A stretch of 64,000 nt of DNA from the human T2T-CHM13v2.0 reference genome, Homo sapiens. The notes under the pieces were generated by a model, which saw only the letters and a list, made by a program, of their open reading frames with translations, had not been told where the DNA came from and did not search any database. The translations under genes were made by a program, and so were the position numbers. Location of the stretch: the NCBI RefSeq assembly GCF_009914755.1, contig NC_060930.1; one strand, written 5' to 3'. This document shows, in pieces, positions 46,298 to 64,000 of this stretch (position 1 is its first letter; every line of letters starts with the position of its first letter).

Positions 46298-47135
46298 TAT
46301 TTTTTTAACGGACTTTATTTTTTCGAGCAGCTTTAGGTTCACAGCAAAACTGAGCAGAAAGTACAGTGAGTTCCCATTTACCCCCTTCCCCACATACACA
46401 CAGCCTCCCCACTGTCAACATCCTGCACTGGAGTGGCACATTTGTTGCAATCAGCTAACCTACGTGACACGTCATTATCACCCAGAGCCCATAGTTTACG
46501 TTAGGGTTCATTCTTGGTGGTGAATATTTTACGGGTTTGGACAAATGTATAATGCCATGTTACCCACCATTATAGTATCATATAGAGTAGCTTCACTGCC
46601 CTAAAAATCCTCTGTACTCTGTCTATTCATCCCTCCACCCCAATCCCTGGCAACCACTGATCTTTTTATTGTCTCCATGTCTTTGCCTTTTCCAGAATGT
46701 CATATAGTTGGAATCATACAGTATCTAGCTTTTCCAGACTGGCTTCTTTCACTTGGTAATATGCCTTCAAGTTTCCTCCGTGGCTCTTCGTGGCTCAATA
46801 GTTCAATTATTTTTAGCACTGAATAATATTCCATTGTCTGGATGCATCACAGTTTATCCATTTGCCTACTGAAGAACATCTTGGTTGCTTCCAAGTTTTG
46901 GCAATTATGAATAAAGCTGCTATAAACATCTGAGTGCAGGTTTTTGTGTGGACATCGGTTTTCAACTCATTTATATTAATACCAAGAAGCATGATTACTG
47001 GATGGTATGGTAAGAGCATGTTTAGTGCTGTAAGAAACTACCAAGCTCTTCCAAAGTGGCTATACCATTTTGTATTCCTACCAGCAATGGATGTGAGTTC
47101 ATGTTGTTCCACACCTTTGCCAGCATTTGGTGTCA
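46298..47135 (-). mobile_element. L1MC 3' end inside a split MER102-like hAT element (~46235-47593) that also contains an AluJ (47194-47470)
   Basis: tttaggttcacagcaaaactgagcagaaagtacag is L1MC 3'UTR; MER102-like end attacctgcccagccccagtagacatttgaattttcaacccct. Confidence 0.7.
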
Positions 47136-48089
47136 CATCCAGTTTTTAAAACATGAATTTGACACCTTTAGGTGGGGACTTGCCTTGTTTTCCTTTTTTT
47201 TTTTTTTAGACACAGGGTCTCGCTCTATCACCTAGGCTAGGGTACAGTGGTGCAATCATAGCTCACTGCATTTTCAACTCCTGGATTTAAGGAATCTTCC
47301 TGTCTTAGCCTCCTGAGTAGCTGGGACTACAGGCACACACCACCACACCTGGCTATTTTTTTTTCTTTTTAAATTTTTTTGCAGAGACAGGATCTCACTC
47401 TGTTGACAGGAGGCTGCCTCAGCCTCTTAAGGTGCTGGGATTAGAGATGTGAGCCACCACACCCAGCCTAGGTGGGACCTTCATGCCCAGTTCACCCACA
47501 GACTCACTCATTTCCCACTGACCCATCCCAGGCCCATTTTATTCATGTATATTACCTGCCCAGCCCCAGTAGACATTTGAATTTTCAACCCCTACTTGAG
47601 GATATAGAATGGAGAAGAAGAAGGTGACTTGCTAGCCACTTAGCATGTGGTTCCCCATCCCTGTGCACCCCCTCACTCCCCTCACCTGGGAGGAGGAGGG
47701 AGGCACCTTTACCCACTGGGCAAGGTGGGGTGAGTGACTGGCCCAGGGGAAGGGCTGAGGAAATACTTCTTTAAATGGAGTTGTTTCCTAGGAAGGCCCT
47801 GATGCTATCTGAGTGCAGGCAAGAACAAGTTTTGTGCCGACCCTCTCCAAGGTTTATTCATCAGATCCCAACTGCCATTTGGAAACATGGAAAAAGCATG
47901 GACTTTTGTTTCTGAAGATCTAGGTTTCTATAGTTCCTGTCTGCCAGGGGCCTTGGACAGATCTTTTAATGCTTCTGAGCCTCAGTTTATCTTTCTGTAA
48001 ATAGTAATGGCTGTTTTACAAAGTTGCTATACCAGAAAAGTCATTTTTGCTCTTTGCCAACTATAAAATCAAGGACAATAGTAGTTATT

Positions 48090-49630
<1,541 letters not shown>

Positions 49631-51271
49631 TCTGACCTCATCTTCTACCATTCTCCTCATTGCACTGTCCTCTGCCAACTTAACAATCTGAATTTAAAAT
49701 TGCAAAGGCCTGGACTGCTTCTGCTGACACATTTAGGGACTTGCTAAGGGTTATGCCATTCAGCCCCAGCCTTAAGATAATTCTAAATAACCAAATAACT
49801 TCTCTCAGAGGTTTCTTTTCTTGATACTGCTCATGTTTTTGGAATTGCTTTCTTCTATTCATTCATTATCAATTCACATGTATTGAGGGCTTCCTGTGTG
49901 CCAAACACCCTCCTGGGCTCTAGGAAAATAAGGTTAGATAAGAAGTAGTCTGTACTCTGCAGGCTTTCCTAATCTAATAGAAAAACGGTCAGGTAAACAG
50001 TGTGTGCTCTATGCACAGGGGGCTTTCTTCTTGAGCCCCAGATAAGGGGACACCTAAACCAGCCCCATAAGATATTCAGAAGATAACTCTAACCCTGCAC
50101 AGGAGGCTTAGGGGTCTGGTTGAGGTGTCCCCTTCACTGGGGCTCAAGAAGAAAGTTCTTACAGATTTTGCCCCCTTCTCCTCTTGAATATCACCCAATG
50201 TACCAAAGAAAGAAAAAAACAGAAATACGACTCCATCTTCAGTGGAGCTAGAAGATGCCTAAACCCCTGAAGCACAATAAGACACAGAAAACAGATGACA
50301 CATGGTATATGAGCTAGCAAGGAGGAGTAAAGTCAAATCCCTGTGGCTGCAGGTGGTATCAAGGAAAGGAAAACCTATTGGCTACAGAAAACCTGGGAAA
50401 AAATCACTAATGGGAGACACCAGATATTGCAGAAAGCAAAAGCAAGGCAGAGGGTCTTGCGCTGGGATTATTGCTGTGTGAGGAGTAGTGAGACCACTCT
50501 AGGGACCCACCTTCTCCTTCCTCAATAAGGCCATCATACCTCCCCAGTCTTTCAGGGGCCCAGGAGTTTGTTCTGGAGTTACAGAATTATGAAATAAGTG
50601 AACCAGGGAAGCTCCAAAATGGGACCATCAAATGGCACAGGAAAATCAAACCCTTCCCCACTCAGCCCCAGACACCAGCAGCTGGGCTCCCCACAGGAGA
50701 TGGGAGAAGCCGTCTCAGGAGAGACCAAATGACCCCAGAGAAAAGACCAACAAATACTGGCATTTGGTAATCTCAATAGAAGTAGCTGGCTGGCCACTTT
50801 TTCAAGATACCCCAGCTCACAAGCCCACCCATGCACTTCCAATGAGAAATACCCAAGAATAATCAAGTATTCAAGAAAAACCTCAAAGATAATAGGGAAA
50901 AAAATGAACAAGGAGAGAGAAAAAGAACTCATGGAGAAAAGTAGCAATTGTAGAAAGCAAAACAATTCAAAGAAATTACAATGAATAGCTTCAGAAAGAT
51001 AACAGAAGATATTACATTCATGAAATAAAAAAAGAATGCAATACTTTAAAAAATAAAGAGGAACAAAGAACAAATTTTATATGATAGTCAAAATGTAAAA
51101 GTCGGTAGTAGAATTGGTGCTGAAGTCAATGAAATCTCCTAGAAAGTAAAACAAAAGGATAAAGTGAGGGATAATAACAGAGAATAGATAAGAAAATTAG
51201 AGGATTAGTCCAGAGGATCAAAACTGACTATTAGGAGAAATATAAAGAAAGAACTGAAAGGAAGAGGAAAT

Positions 51272-52281
51272 TGTAGCAAATTGTATTTTCCAAAGATGGC
51301 TGTCACAATATCCCCTATCCCACATACTTTTCTAGAATCTTGCCATGCCCCCATCAAGAGGTGGTTGTAATGGATAGTAGGACAATACATTTAAAACATA
51401 GGTGAGTTGCAGGGTTCAGTGGCTCACGCCCGTAATCCCAGCACTTTGGGAGGCCGAGGCGGGCAGATCACCTGAGGTCAGGAGTTTGAGACCAGCCTGA
51501 CCAACATGGAGAAACTCCATCTCTACTAAAAATACAAACTTAGCAGGGCGTGGTGGAGCATGTCTATAATCCCAGCTACTCAGGAGGCTGAGGCAGGAGA
51601 ATTGCTTGAAGCCAGGAGGCAGAGGTTGCAGTGAGTCGAGATCACACCATTGCTCTCTAGCCTGGGCAATAAGAGCAAAACTCTGTCTCAAAAAAAAAAA
51701 AAAAAAATAGGTGAGTTAAAGCTACATTACTTTTTAAAGTCATATCAGTATGAAGACTGACTACATTTGTGGCCTGCACACCTCTTAATATTAAGGAGAA
51801 TTAAGAATTCTTATCTGAATCATCCAGTTTTGCAATTCCTTTGCCCTTGAATCCTCAGAGGCTTTTGTGACTGTATATTCACCAGCACGGTAGAAGGGAG
51901 ACTGTATGATAGGAAGGTAGCCATCAAAGGCAACATTTTTTCTGCCGTGCTTGCAGGAAGAATTGCCCTAGAGTCCTGAGTCACTACGGAAGCTGGCTGT
52001 CACTATGGAAAAAGGCCGCCATACTGTGAGGAAGCCCAAAAGAGGCCTTGTGGAGAGATCACATAGGATGCCCTGAGAAGAGAGAGATGTCCAATAAGAC
52101 CCCAGCTGCTCCAGTCCCCACGGTTCCAGATCCAGATGTCATCTCACTATGATCTCATGACAGAGAACCACCTAGCAAAGATTTTCCAACATCCATGAGA
52201 GGTTATAAAGTGACGGTTATAGTTTTAAGTCACTTAAGTTGGGGGTGATTTGCTACAATGTTAGCAATAGCTAACCAGAAT
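51272..52281 (+). mobile_element. MLT1F/G/H-type LTR with an inserted Charlie fragment and an AluSp-like element (51409-51707)
   Basis: tgtagcaaattgtattttccaaagatggc...ttaagttgggggtgatttgctac...agcaatagctaaccagaa; Alu TSD ataggtgagtt. Confidence 0.75.
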
Positions 52282-52799
52282 ATTGCCTAAGAGATAACAG
52301 AACTTCCCAGATTGAAAGATATGAGTCCCCAGACTAAAAAGACCCACTGAGAGAGCCTGGCATAATTCGTGGAGAAAAGACCTACTCTAGAGCACATGTG
52401 AAATTTCAGAACAAAGGGAGAAAGTAAAAATCCAAAAGAAAGAAAAAGAAAGAGAGAGAGAGAGAGGGAGAGAGGGAGGGAGGGAGGGAAGGAAGGAAGG
52501 AAGGGAGGGAGGGAGGGAGGGAGGGAGGGAGGGAGGGAGGGAAATAAAGGAAGGAAAAGAAAAGAAAAGACATTGGTGAGAGGGTGAGAGTTACAGAAAG
52601 CAGGGAAATGATACAGAAGATTAATAATTAGTATGGCACTGGACTTCTCAAAACTAACAGTAGGGGCTGGGCACAGTGGCTCATGCCTGCAATCCCAGCG
52701 CTTTGGGAAGCTGATAACTGGCGGCCAGGAGTTCAAAATCAGCATGGGCAACATAGTGAGTCACCATCACCACAAAAAAAAAAAAAGAAAAAAAATTCA

Positions 52800-55925
<3,126 letters not shown>

Positions 55926-58267
55926 ATGGTTATTTTCAACCTAGAATTTTATACCCAGCCAATTTATCAATCACATATAAGCATGGTCAAAAGACATTTT
56001 CAGACATGTAAAATCTAAAAAATATATCTTCCATTAACCCTTTCTCAGAAAGCTATTAGAGGATGGGCTACACCCAAAAGAGGAATTGAGGCAAAAAAGA
56101 AGACAACATGCAGAACAGAAAACAGGGAACAACAATCGTGTAGGCCCAGAGAGCCTTCAGTCCATATTAGGGCAGAAGTTTGGAGAGAAGTTTGGAGCTT
56201 TCTCCAGGAAAAAAAGAAAAGTAGAACTGATAACTTACATGACAATATGACAGAGTGGAAAATTGTAATAAGGTGTGTTTTGTATAAAGTTGTTGAAGAA
56301 TGAGGAGATTTTAGTCAGAATATCAAAGAAAACTAATTTAGTCATAAAATGAGATAATTACTAAATCTAGCAAAATAAATAATTTTATAATAAACGAGAT
56401 TTAATCATAAAATACTGTGTAGCTCAGCAGTGAACAATCTTTACATGATCATTAAATTGAAAACAGTGATGATGGGCTTAACCAAAAATTGAGATGTAAT
56501 TAAAAGAGGTTTAGATAAGGAGTGTAAATAGCTAAACTCTTCATAATAAGATATATATTAGTCAGGATGGGCTAAGTTATTCAATAGTAAGAAGTCCAAA
56601 ATCTAAATGGCAAAATATGCTTTTGTCTTACACAACACTGCTCACATGGATGCTCAGGGGCTTTGCTCCATGTGATCATTCAGGGATTCAGTCAGCAGCT
56701 CCACCAGCTTGTAGCAATACCCTCTGGAACACATGGCATCCTTGGTCCCATGGCAGGACACAGAGAACGGAGAAGGATGCATGAGTTTTTACCATCTCTC
56801 CTCTTATAATTTCACTTGCCAAAAACAGTCATATGTTCCTGTTGAACAGGCAGGGGCTTGACAGTACAGTCTTCCATGTGCTCTGAAGGGGAGGAAGACT
56901 GGTAATATTTGCCAAGGGAAGTTTATAAAATCACCTAAAATGAATAAATCAAGAGACAGCATTATATACACATTCTTTTAAAATATGGAAGTAAGTACCA
57001 GAACATGTTGAAAAGCTAAAAGAAAAAAGTGAAAAATGTTGAAAATGTTTCTGGTGAGCCTGGCAAGTAACCAGCATGGGGAGTGAAGCAGGCCAGGGAA
57101 CAGGAGACCACTGGGTTTTGCTGTAAACTCTTTTAGCATCATTTCACTTTTGAAACTATCTGCATGTATTGTTTTTATTAAGTTTTATATAACTTATTTT
57201 TTAAGTTACTTGAAAAATAAAAACTGGAAGTAGGAAGACTATCACAAACATACCCCCAGTAACCCCATCTGGGATCATAATTGAGGTCAACCTTAGACGA
57301 CCAGTCAGCAGTTTCCAGAATTCCCACCCTCCCTGGGCTACTTGGTCAAGCTCTTTCCCAGGGTCTCTCACTGCTCATGATTCCAGAGACTTGAATTTGC
57401 TTAGAGCAACTAGGCGTTGTCTTACAGCCTCTTGCCCTTCTCGATTCTCTCATACTAATGTTTACCTTACATGCCTCAATGCAAAGAGTCTTCTCCTTGT
57501 GAAGACAAATGCAAAACACCAGTTGAAAACTTCCGTTCTCCCTATTAGCTATTCGTAAAACCCCATCGGTCTGAGGCTTTTCAACTCGTTCTGACACTTT
57601 CTTCTCTTTAACTTTTTTTTGAAAACTTTAGTTAAGGTAGGGATCTGACCTGCGGGCACTTGGTTTCCTCCTTTGTGTCCTTGTTACGCACTCTTCTCAC
57701 CAAGGTTTATAAATGTCCTTTGAACATCAGAGAATTCCGGGAATCTTGCTATGCCAGTCTTCCTCCTGCCCCTCTTCCACACACAATGGCCAGAGAGAGT
57801 TTCAATGATGTGCCTGTCATCATGGTGTCCTTGATAACTCTCCTTTGTCTCCTTAGCAAAATAAGCTAGGCCCTTTACAACCTCTCCCTACCCACTTTCC
57901 ACCCACCTGGCTGCCTGCCCCAGGCTCCCTGTGCGCCAGCCACCAGGAATCTCGGGCCTCTATTTTGGCTCCTGCGGGGCTCCCTGCCTGGAATGCCCGT
58001 CCTCTCCCTGCTGGATGCGTCTCTCAGATCCAGAAGCCTCCCCAAACTCCCAGCAGCTGTGGGGTAAGGGAAAGGGGTCCATTAAAATGGACAGTGAGTT
58101 CAACACTCTCTTAGTGATTCTAACATTGGGAAATTTACTCCGCTTCTCAGAACCTCAATTTTTCAGCTGATGCATTAGGATTGGTCTGAATTATCTTTAA
58201 CATCTCTTTCAGGTCTCATACTGCTCCCTCCCACCCCCACCACAAAATTACACTGAATTGGAATGAA

Positions 58268-58580
<313 letters not shown>

Positions 58581-60369
58581 TAAGAGCACAGATTCTGAAG
58601 CTAGAGCTGAATTGCCTGGGTTCAAATCCCATCTCAACCGCTTACTAGCTACCTGACCTTGAGCAAGTTACTAAGCCTCCCTATTTAATGGGAAATAGTA
58701 ATGGTCATTGTCTCATAAGATTATTGTGAGAATTAAGTGATATCTACACATATGTTGTGATGCATATGAAGTGCTTAGAGTAGCTCTGATAAGCTGTTAT
58801 TATTATCATTATTCTACACTGCCAAACTGAGCAATTGGAGGAACAAGGCCATATCCCCTTTCTTTCTAAACCCCCAGTGCCTAGGACTTTGCCCAGCATG
58901 GAAAACAAAAATCTCCACTTTTTCCCTAGTGAAAGAAGGAGAGAACTGGGAGAAGCCTGCATTGCATCCTATGAGTCAGGCTTCAAGAGCTCTGCCCAGC
59001 CTCCTAGACTGTCTTCCCTTTCAGAATGTCACTCCATCAAGTCATATCTGGCCTTCTGCTCAACATTTAGAAGACTTGAGGGTAGAGCTGAGAGGGACTG
59101 CATTGGTGGGGGGTAGGGGACAGAGCTTGTTTTAAGCTTGCTCAGGCCTAGTCCTTAGCTCTGAAACCTCTACAGGCATAAAAATCTGTGAATTTAAGAG
59201 ACCGAAAAAAGACATCTCTGGGGCTGGGAGTGGTAGCACACCGAGGAGCTCTCGGAAGGCCAAGCCATGTACCCCTCTTTGGGGAGACTCGGGGAGGACT
59301 GCTCCTCCCCATAAAATATACAAAAAGCTGGTGGCTTCTTCACTCCAGGTCTTCCTCAGAGATGAAGGACACCAGGATGGGCGAGGTGGGGAGGAGAGAG
59401 TCCCTGCACCCACCATGGTCAGCCTGAAAAGCATTACCCACTCATGGGGTGATAAAAGCTGCAGCTGCTAAGAACCACAGAAGTCTGGGTTAGAACCAAG
59501 GAGAAGGAGCAATAAGGGGAAAAATAGTAGGGCTGGGGAATTGGTTAGCAAAGACCCCAAAGACAGGAGAAGGGACAGGTCTCGGGAAAAGCTGGGTCAG
59601 GAGAGCACTCCAAACTAAGACACTGCTGCCCATTTGTATCTATCACAGATTATTTAATAAAGAGCTGCCAAAGTTACTGCAATTTCATTGCTAATGTACT
59701 GATGCCTCGCAGTTCTGCATCTTAACCTCATTGCTGGGGCTCCAGAGGCCCCCTACCCACCCCGCCTCCCAGCCCAATGTCCCCCTGCAGCCACTGGGGC
59801 GGAGCGTCTCATTTTGCTAGAATGTCATCCATTTATCAAAGGACAGGATTAGCCCCCTCCTCCACATTCAGCAGGCAGAGCCTTCCTCTTTCTAATTTCA
59901 ACTTGGCAACAGCTTAGGTTATTAACCTACTGAAATATCCTCCAGGGTCTCCCTCTCACACCACACTGCTTCCCCCCATGTTTTCCCAGCATTCACTCCC
60001 TGACTCTTTTTCTCTAGGGCTATGGTACTTAAACTTTTTCCATCTTTAGATCTTTGTATATGGATAAAAGATATCTCTCTCCTCACTCATGTCTGATGCT
60101 AGAGGGGCTAGAGGGGGATGTCATTAATGGTATTAATGGTGAGCTGAGCTGAGGGGATGCTCTCCAGGACAAGGGGGAAGACTGTGATGCCACTTTTGAC
60201 AAGAGGTCGGAAGGCAAGCTGATAAGGTGAAAGGAGCTTTGAACTAGGATCAGGAGACCTGGGTTCAGGACCCAACTCTGTCACTCACTCAACTTTCGAC
60301 CTTGGGCAAGTCAACTTCTCTTCTGTGGGCCTCAGTTTCCCTATGTCTGAAATGAGAGCAAGGATAAGA

Positions 60370-60580
60370 ACCAGGGGTTCGAGGACTCAGGAACCCCCAG
60401 GGGTCAGGTGGATCACTCAAACGAGCAAATTGGCCAGTATAAGACAATAGGGAGTGATAGGGAAATTGGAGCGTACGTGTCCAAACTGAAAGCAATCAAA
60501 TTTTTTAAATTAAGATTTCACCAAACAAAAGAGATCTGCTGGACAAATTAAACCCATGATCACCAGTTTGTGGCCCCTGG
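60370..60580 (+). mobile_element. MER102-like hAT element
   Basis: caggggttcg...taagacaatagggagtg...ccaaacaaaa...ccagtttgtggcccctgg, with caggg/ccctg terminal inverted repeats. Confidence 0.65.
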
Positions 60581-60761
60581 AAAGCCCTCTGAGGTCCCTT
60601 TCCATTGTAGCGTTCTACAATATAATCATTTATGTGAACAGGGCCCATCTTAAAAGTACTATAAGTAGATATGGTGTGAATTCAGGACATAGGTCTCTTG
60701 CCCACCCCACCCCCAGCCCCTAACCTATGCCTGATTTACTATCTGAAATGTCTTTAAAAGG

Positions 60762-61362
60762 TGTGGTAGTGTTCAGATATGTCCAGGAATTATTCAGTAC
60801 TCCTTTCTTCAAAACATAAGACCTGATTCCCCTCCCCTTGTGTGTGGGTTGGACTTAGTGACTTGCCTTTAACAGATAAATTATGTTGGAAGTCACAAGT
60901 ATGTGACTTGTAAGACCAAGTCATAAAAGGCATTGTGGCTGCCTCCACCGCCTCCTCCTCCTCCTCCTCCTCCTCCTCCTCCTCCTCTTCTTCCTCCTCC
61001 TCCTCCTCTTCCTCCTCTCTCTTTCTCTCTTTCTCACTCACTCGCTCGCTCACAGAAACCAGCTGCCACGAGGTGAGGACTTAAAGTAACCCTGTGGAAA
61101 GGCCCACATGGGAGAAACGGAGGCCTCCTGCCAACACTCCCTGTGAGGGAGCCATCTTGGAAATGGATCCTCCAGCCTCTACCAAGCCTATAGCCCTAAC
61201 CAACATCTTGCTTGCAACCTAGTGAGAAACTCTCAACCAGAATGACCCAGCTAAGTCATTCTCAAATTCCTGACCCACTGAAACTGTGATATAATAACTA
61301 TTTGTTATTTTAAGCTGCTAAATTTGGGAGTAATTTGTTACACAGCAATAGATAATAAATAC
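60762..61362 (+). mobile_element. MLT1F-type LTR containing a (CCT)n microsatellite (~60950-61016)
   Basis: tgtggtag...gagccatcttggaaatggatcctccagcc...aatttgttacacagcaatagataataaataca. Confidence 0.8.
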
Positions 61363-61880
61363 ATTAAGAAACAAACTTCCCATTCCACAATAACAGATAA
61401 GACTTAAATCCACATTCCCCAGGGAAAGAAAAAGATCTCAAGTGGGCACTGAAAGTTAGGAGAAACTGGGAAGGAGGTGGTTGTTACATGGGCTGAAGAC
61501 AAGCTTTGCTGGCTTTATAATTTGCAACAAACCAACACTGAAATTATAATAAGTAAATTAATTGTTAGAAACTAGGTGCTGAGCTATATTAAAAATCATA
61601 ACTCAGGTGCACCTAATTCAGCCTTTCTGCTGGACACCTTAACTCAGATGCTCCAATGTCGCTGCAACCTTAATCCATCCAATTCTCAGCCCAGCTTTTC
61701 CCCCAAAAGTCTCCATGCCTCAGAAAGACACCACCATCCACCTAGGGCATACACAACCTCCATCTCCAACTTCAAAAACTGCAGATTTGGAGCGTACGTG
61801 TCCAAACTGAAAGCAATCAAATTTTTTAAATTTGATTTAAAAAATCAGACAAGAACTGAACTGCAGATTTCACTCCCCAA

Positions 61881-62619
<739 letters not shown>

Positions 62620-63297
62620 TAGCTAGCTATTGCTGAGTAACAAACTACCCTAAAACTTAGCAGCTTAAAACAACAATAATCATCTGTTTTGCTCATGACC
62701 CTGCAATTTAGGTGAGGTTCAACAAGAACAACTCCTCTCTGCTTCACAATATCTGGGGTTTCAGCTAGGATGTTTCATATGGCTGGACACTGGGAAGCCA
62801 TGGTGCATTAAGCTGACTTGTACCAGCTTGCAAAAGCCAATTGTTAAATATTCAGAAATTTTTTACAAGCAGTTGTTATACTATTGGTAACTTTAAATTG
62901 GCCCTGGTGAGACTAATTACAGTCAGAAATCAACAAACACTATAAATCAGGGCAGTTTTCATTCACAGAGTAGGTTTACCAGCACACCACTGTTGGCCAG
63001 GCATCTCTCTCTCTCCATCACATGGCTAACTTGGGCTTCCTTACAACATGGCAGTTTCAGGGTAGTTAGGCTTCTTACAGGGTGGCTGGAACTTTCCCAG
63101 ACCGAGTGTCCCAAAGAATCTAATCAGAAACTACTTCACTTATTACCTATTCCCAGATGTCCCAGAATGTCACTTCTCTCACATTCTATTGGCTAAGCAA
63201 ATCACTAAAACCAACCCGATTCAAAGAAAATGATTAGACTTCACCTTTCGATGGGAGGAGGGGCAGAGAACATGTGGCCATCTTTAATCGACCATAG
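62620..63297 (-). mobile_element. MLT1 LTR interrupted by a MER63-like element (~62810-62992)
   Basis: ctattgctgagtaacaaactaccctaaaacttagcagcttaaaacaac; MER63-like taggtttaccagcacaccactg. Confidence 0.65.
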
Positions 63298-63621
63298 CAT
63301 AGGACAAGAGTCTAGGGTGTAGCAGACGGTTACTGGTCTAGATAGCAGAAGACTCAAGTCATATCCCTCCTCTACTTCTTACTAGATGTGTGCCTTCAGC
63401 ATGTCATTTAACTTACTTAAATGTCCTTTTCTTCATTGTTAAACAAACAGACAAACAAAGTAAAAGAAAGAAAAGAGGAGTGCCAAGAACCTTCATTTTG
63501 CCTATTTCTCAGGATTATCGTTTGGAGCAAGTAAGATCATTTTAATGTACCTAGATGTAATTTGGCACCATATAGAGTCAAGGCTCTGCTGCAATAGTTT
63601 TTCATATATGTGCTGTAATTA

Positions 63622-63745
63622 CGTTGACCATATAATTCATCATTCAAACCAGGACACTTTGTAGAGTGAAAGGGGATGCTATTAATAATTACATAACAGG
63701 TATAATCAGGACTGAACCCAGTAAATCTGCTTGCATGGTCACCAG
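63622..63745. mobile_element. MER81-like DNA transposon
   Basis: tgaccatataattcatcattcaaaccaggacactttt...atggtcacc terminal inverted repeats. Confidence 0.65.
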
Positions 63746-64000
63746 CTATAATAAATATGCCAGTTTTCAGAAAAGAAACTGAGTGATGTGAACTGGGTTA
63801 TGTTTCCCAATGGTGAGCATCTAGTGGGGAAAAAATAAGTAAACATTCAAGGAAGAATTCAGCAAGTCAAAGAGATCCAGCTGAAAATTTCCAATGGAAT
63901 AAGGCAGACTACAAATAGACATACAAAGTAAAAATGAAAAACAATCTCTTTTTTGTCTAATTCAAATCATTTCTTCTTTCCCAACATCAAGTAACCCACT

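Noticed and set aside
60790-61053. Poly-Glu ORF
   Set aside because: Translation of a (CCT)n microsatellite inside an MLT1 LTR.

Overview
Human (primate) genomic DNA. I recognise it as the 3' half of NCR2 (NKp44, TREM cluster, 6p21.1) followed by about 52 kb of intergenic sequence towards FOXP4. The only supportable protein-coding sequence is NCR2 on the + strand: stalk exon 3089-3224, transmembrane exon 3331-3444 (alternative acceptor 3295), a frame-shifting cassette exon 4213-4319, and terminal exon 11973-12159 with AATAAA just past the stop. The rest is dense with transposon fossils: about 27 Alus, a near full-length nested L1MD, L2, MIR, MaLR/ERV1 LTRs and hAT elements. There is also a ~4.6 kb CpG island with no gene (32.8-37.45 kb) and a strong CTCF motif at 30361. 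Most interesting observations: (1) the ITIM-bearing NKp44-1 tail appears to be an exonised MIR, and the cassette exon may be the older terminal exon; (2) an intronic ERV1 solo LTR carries a consensus NF-kB site and a GAS/STAT site about 60 bp apart; (3) three separate short local templated insertions copied from 1.3-2.1 kb away, one a perfect 46-mer flanked by a 12-bp direct repeat. I found no new multi-gene system. Repeat subfamily names and boundaries come from recalled consensus sequences, not from a RepeatMasker run, and are approximate.
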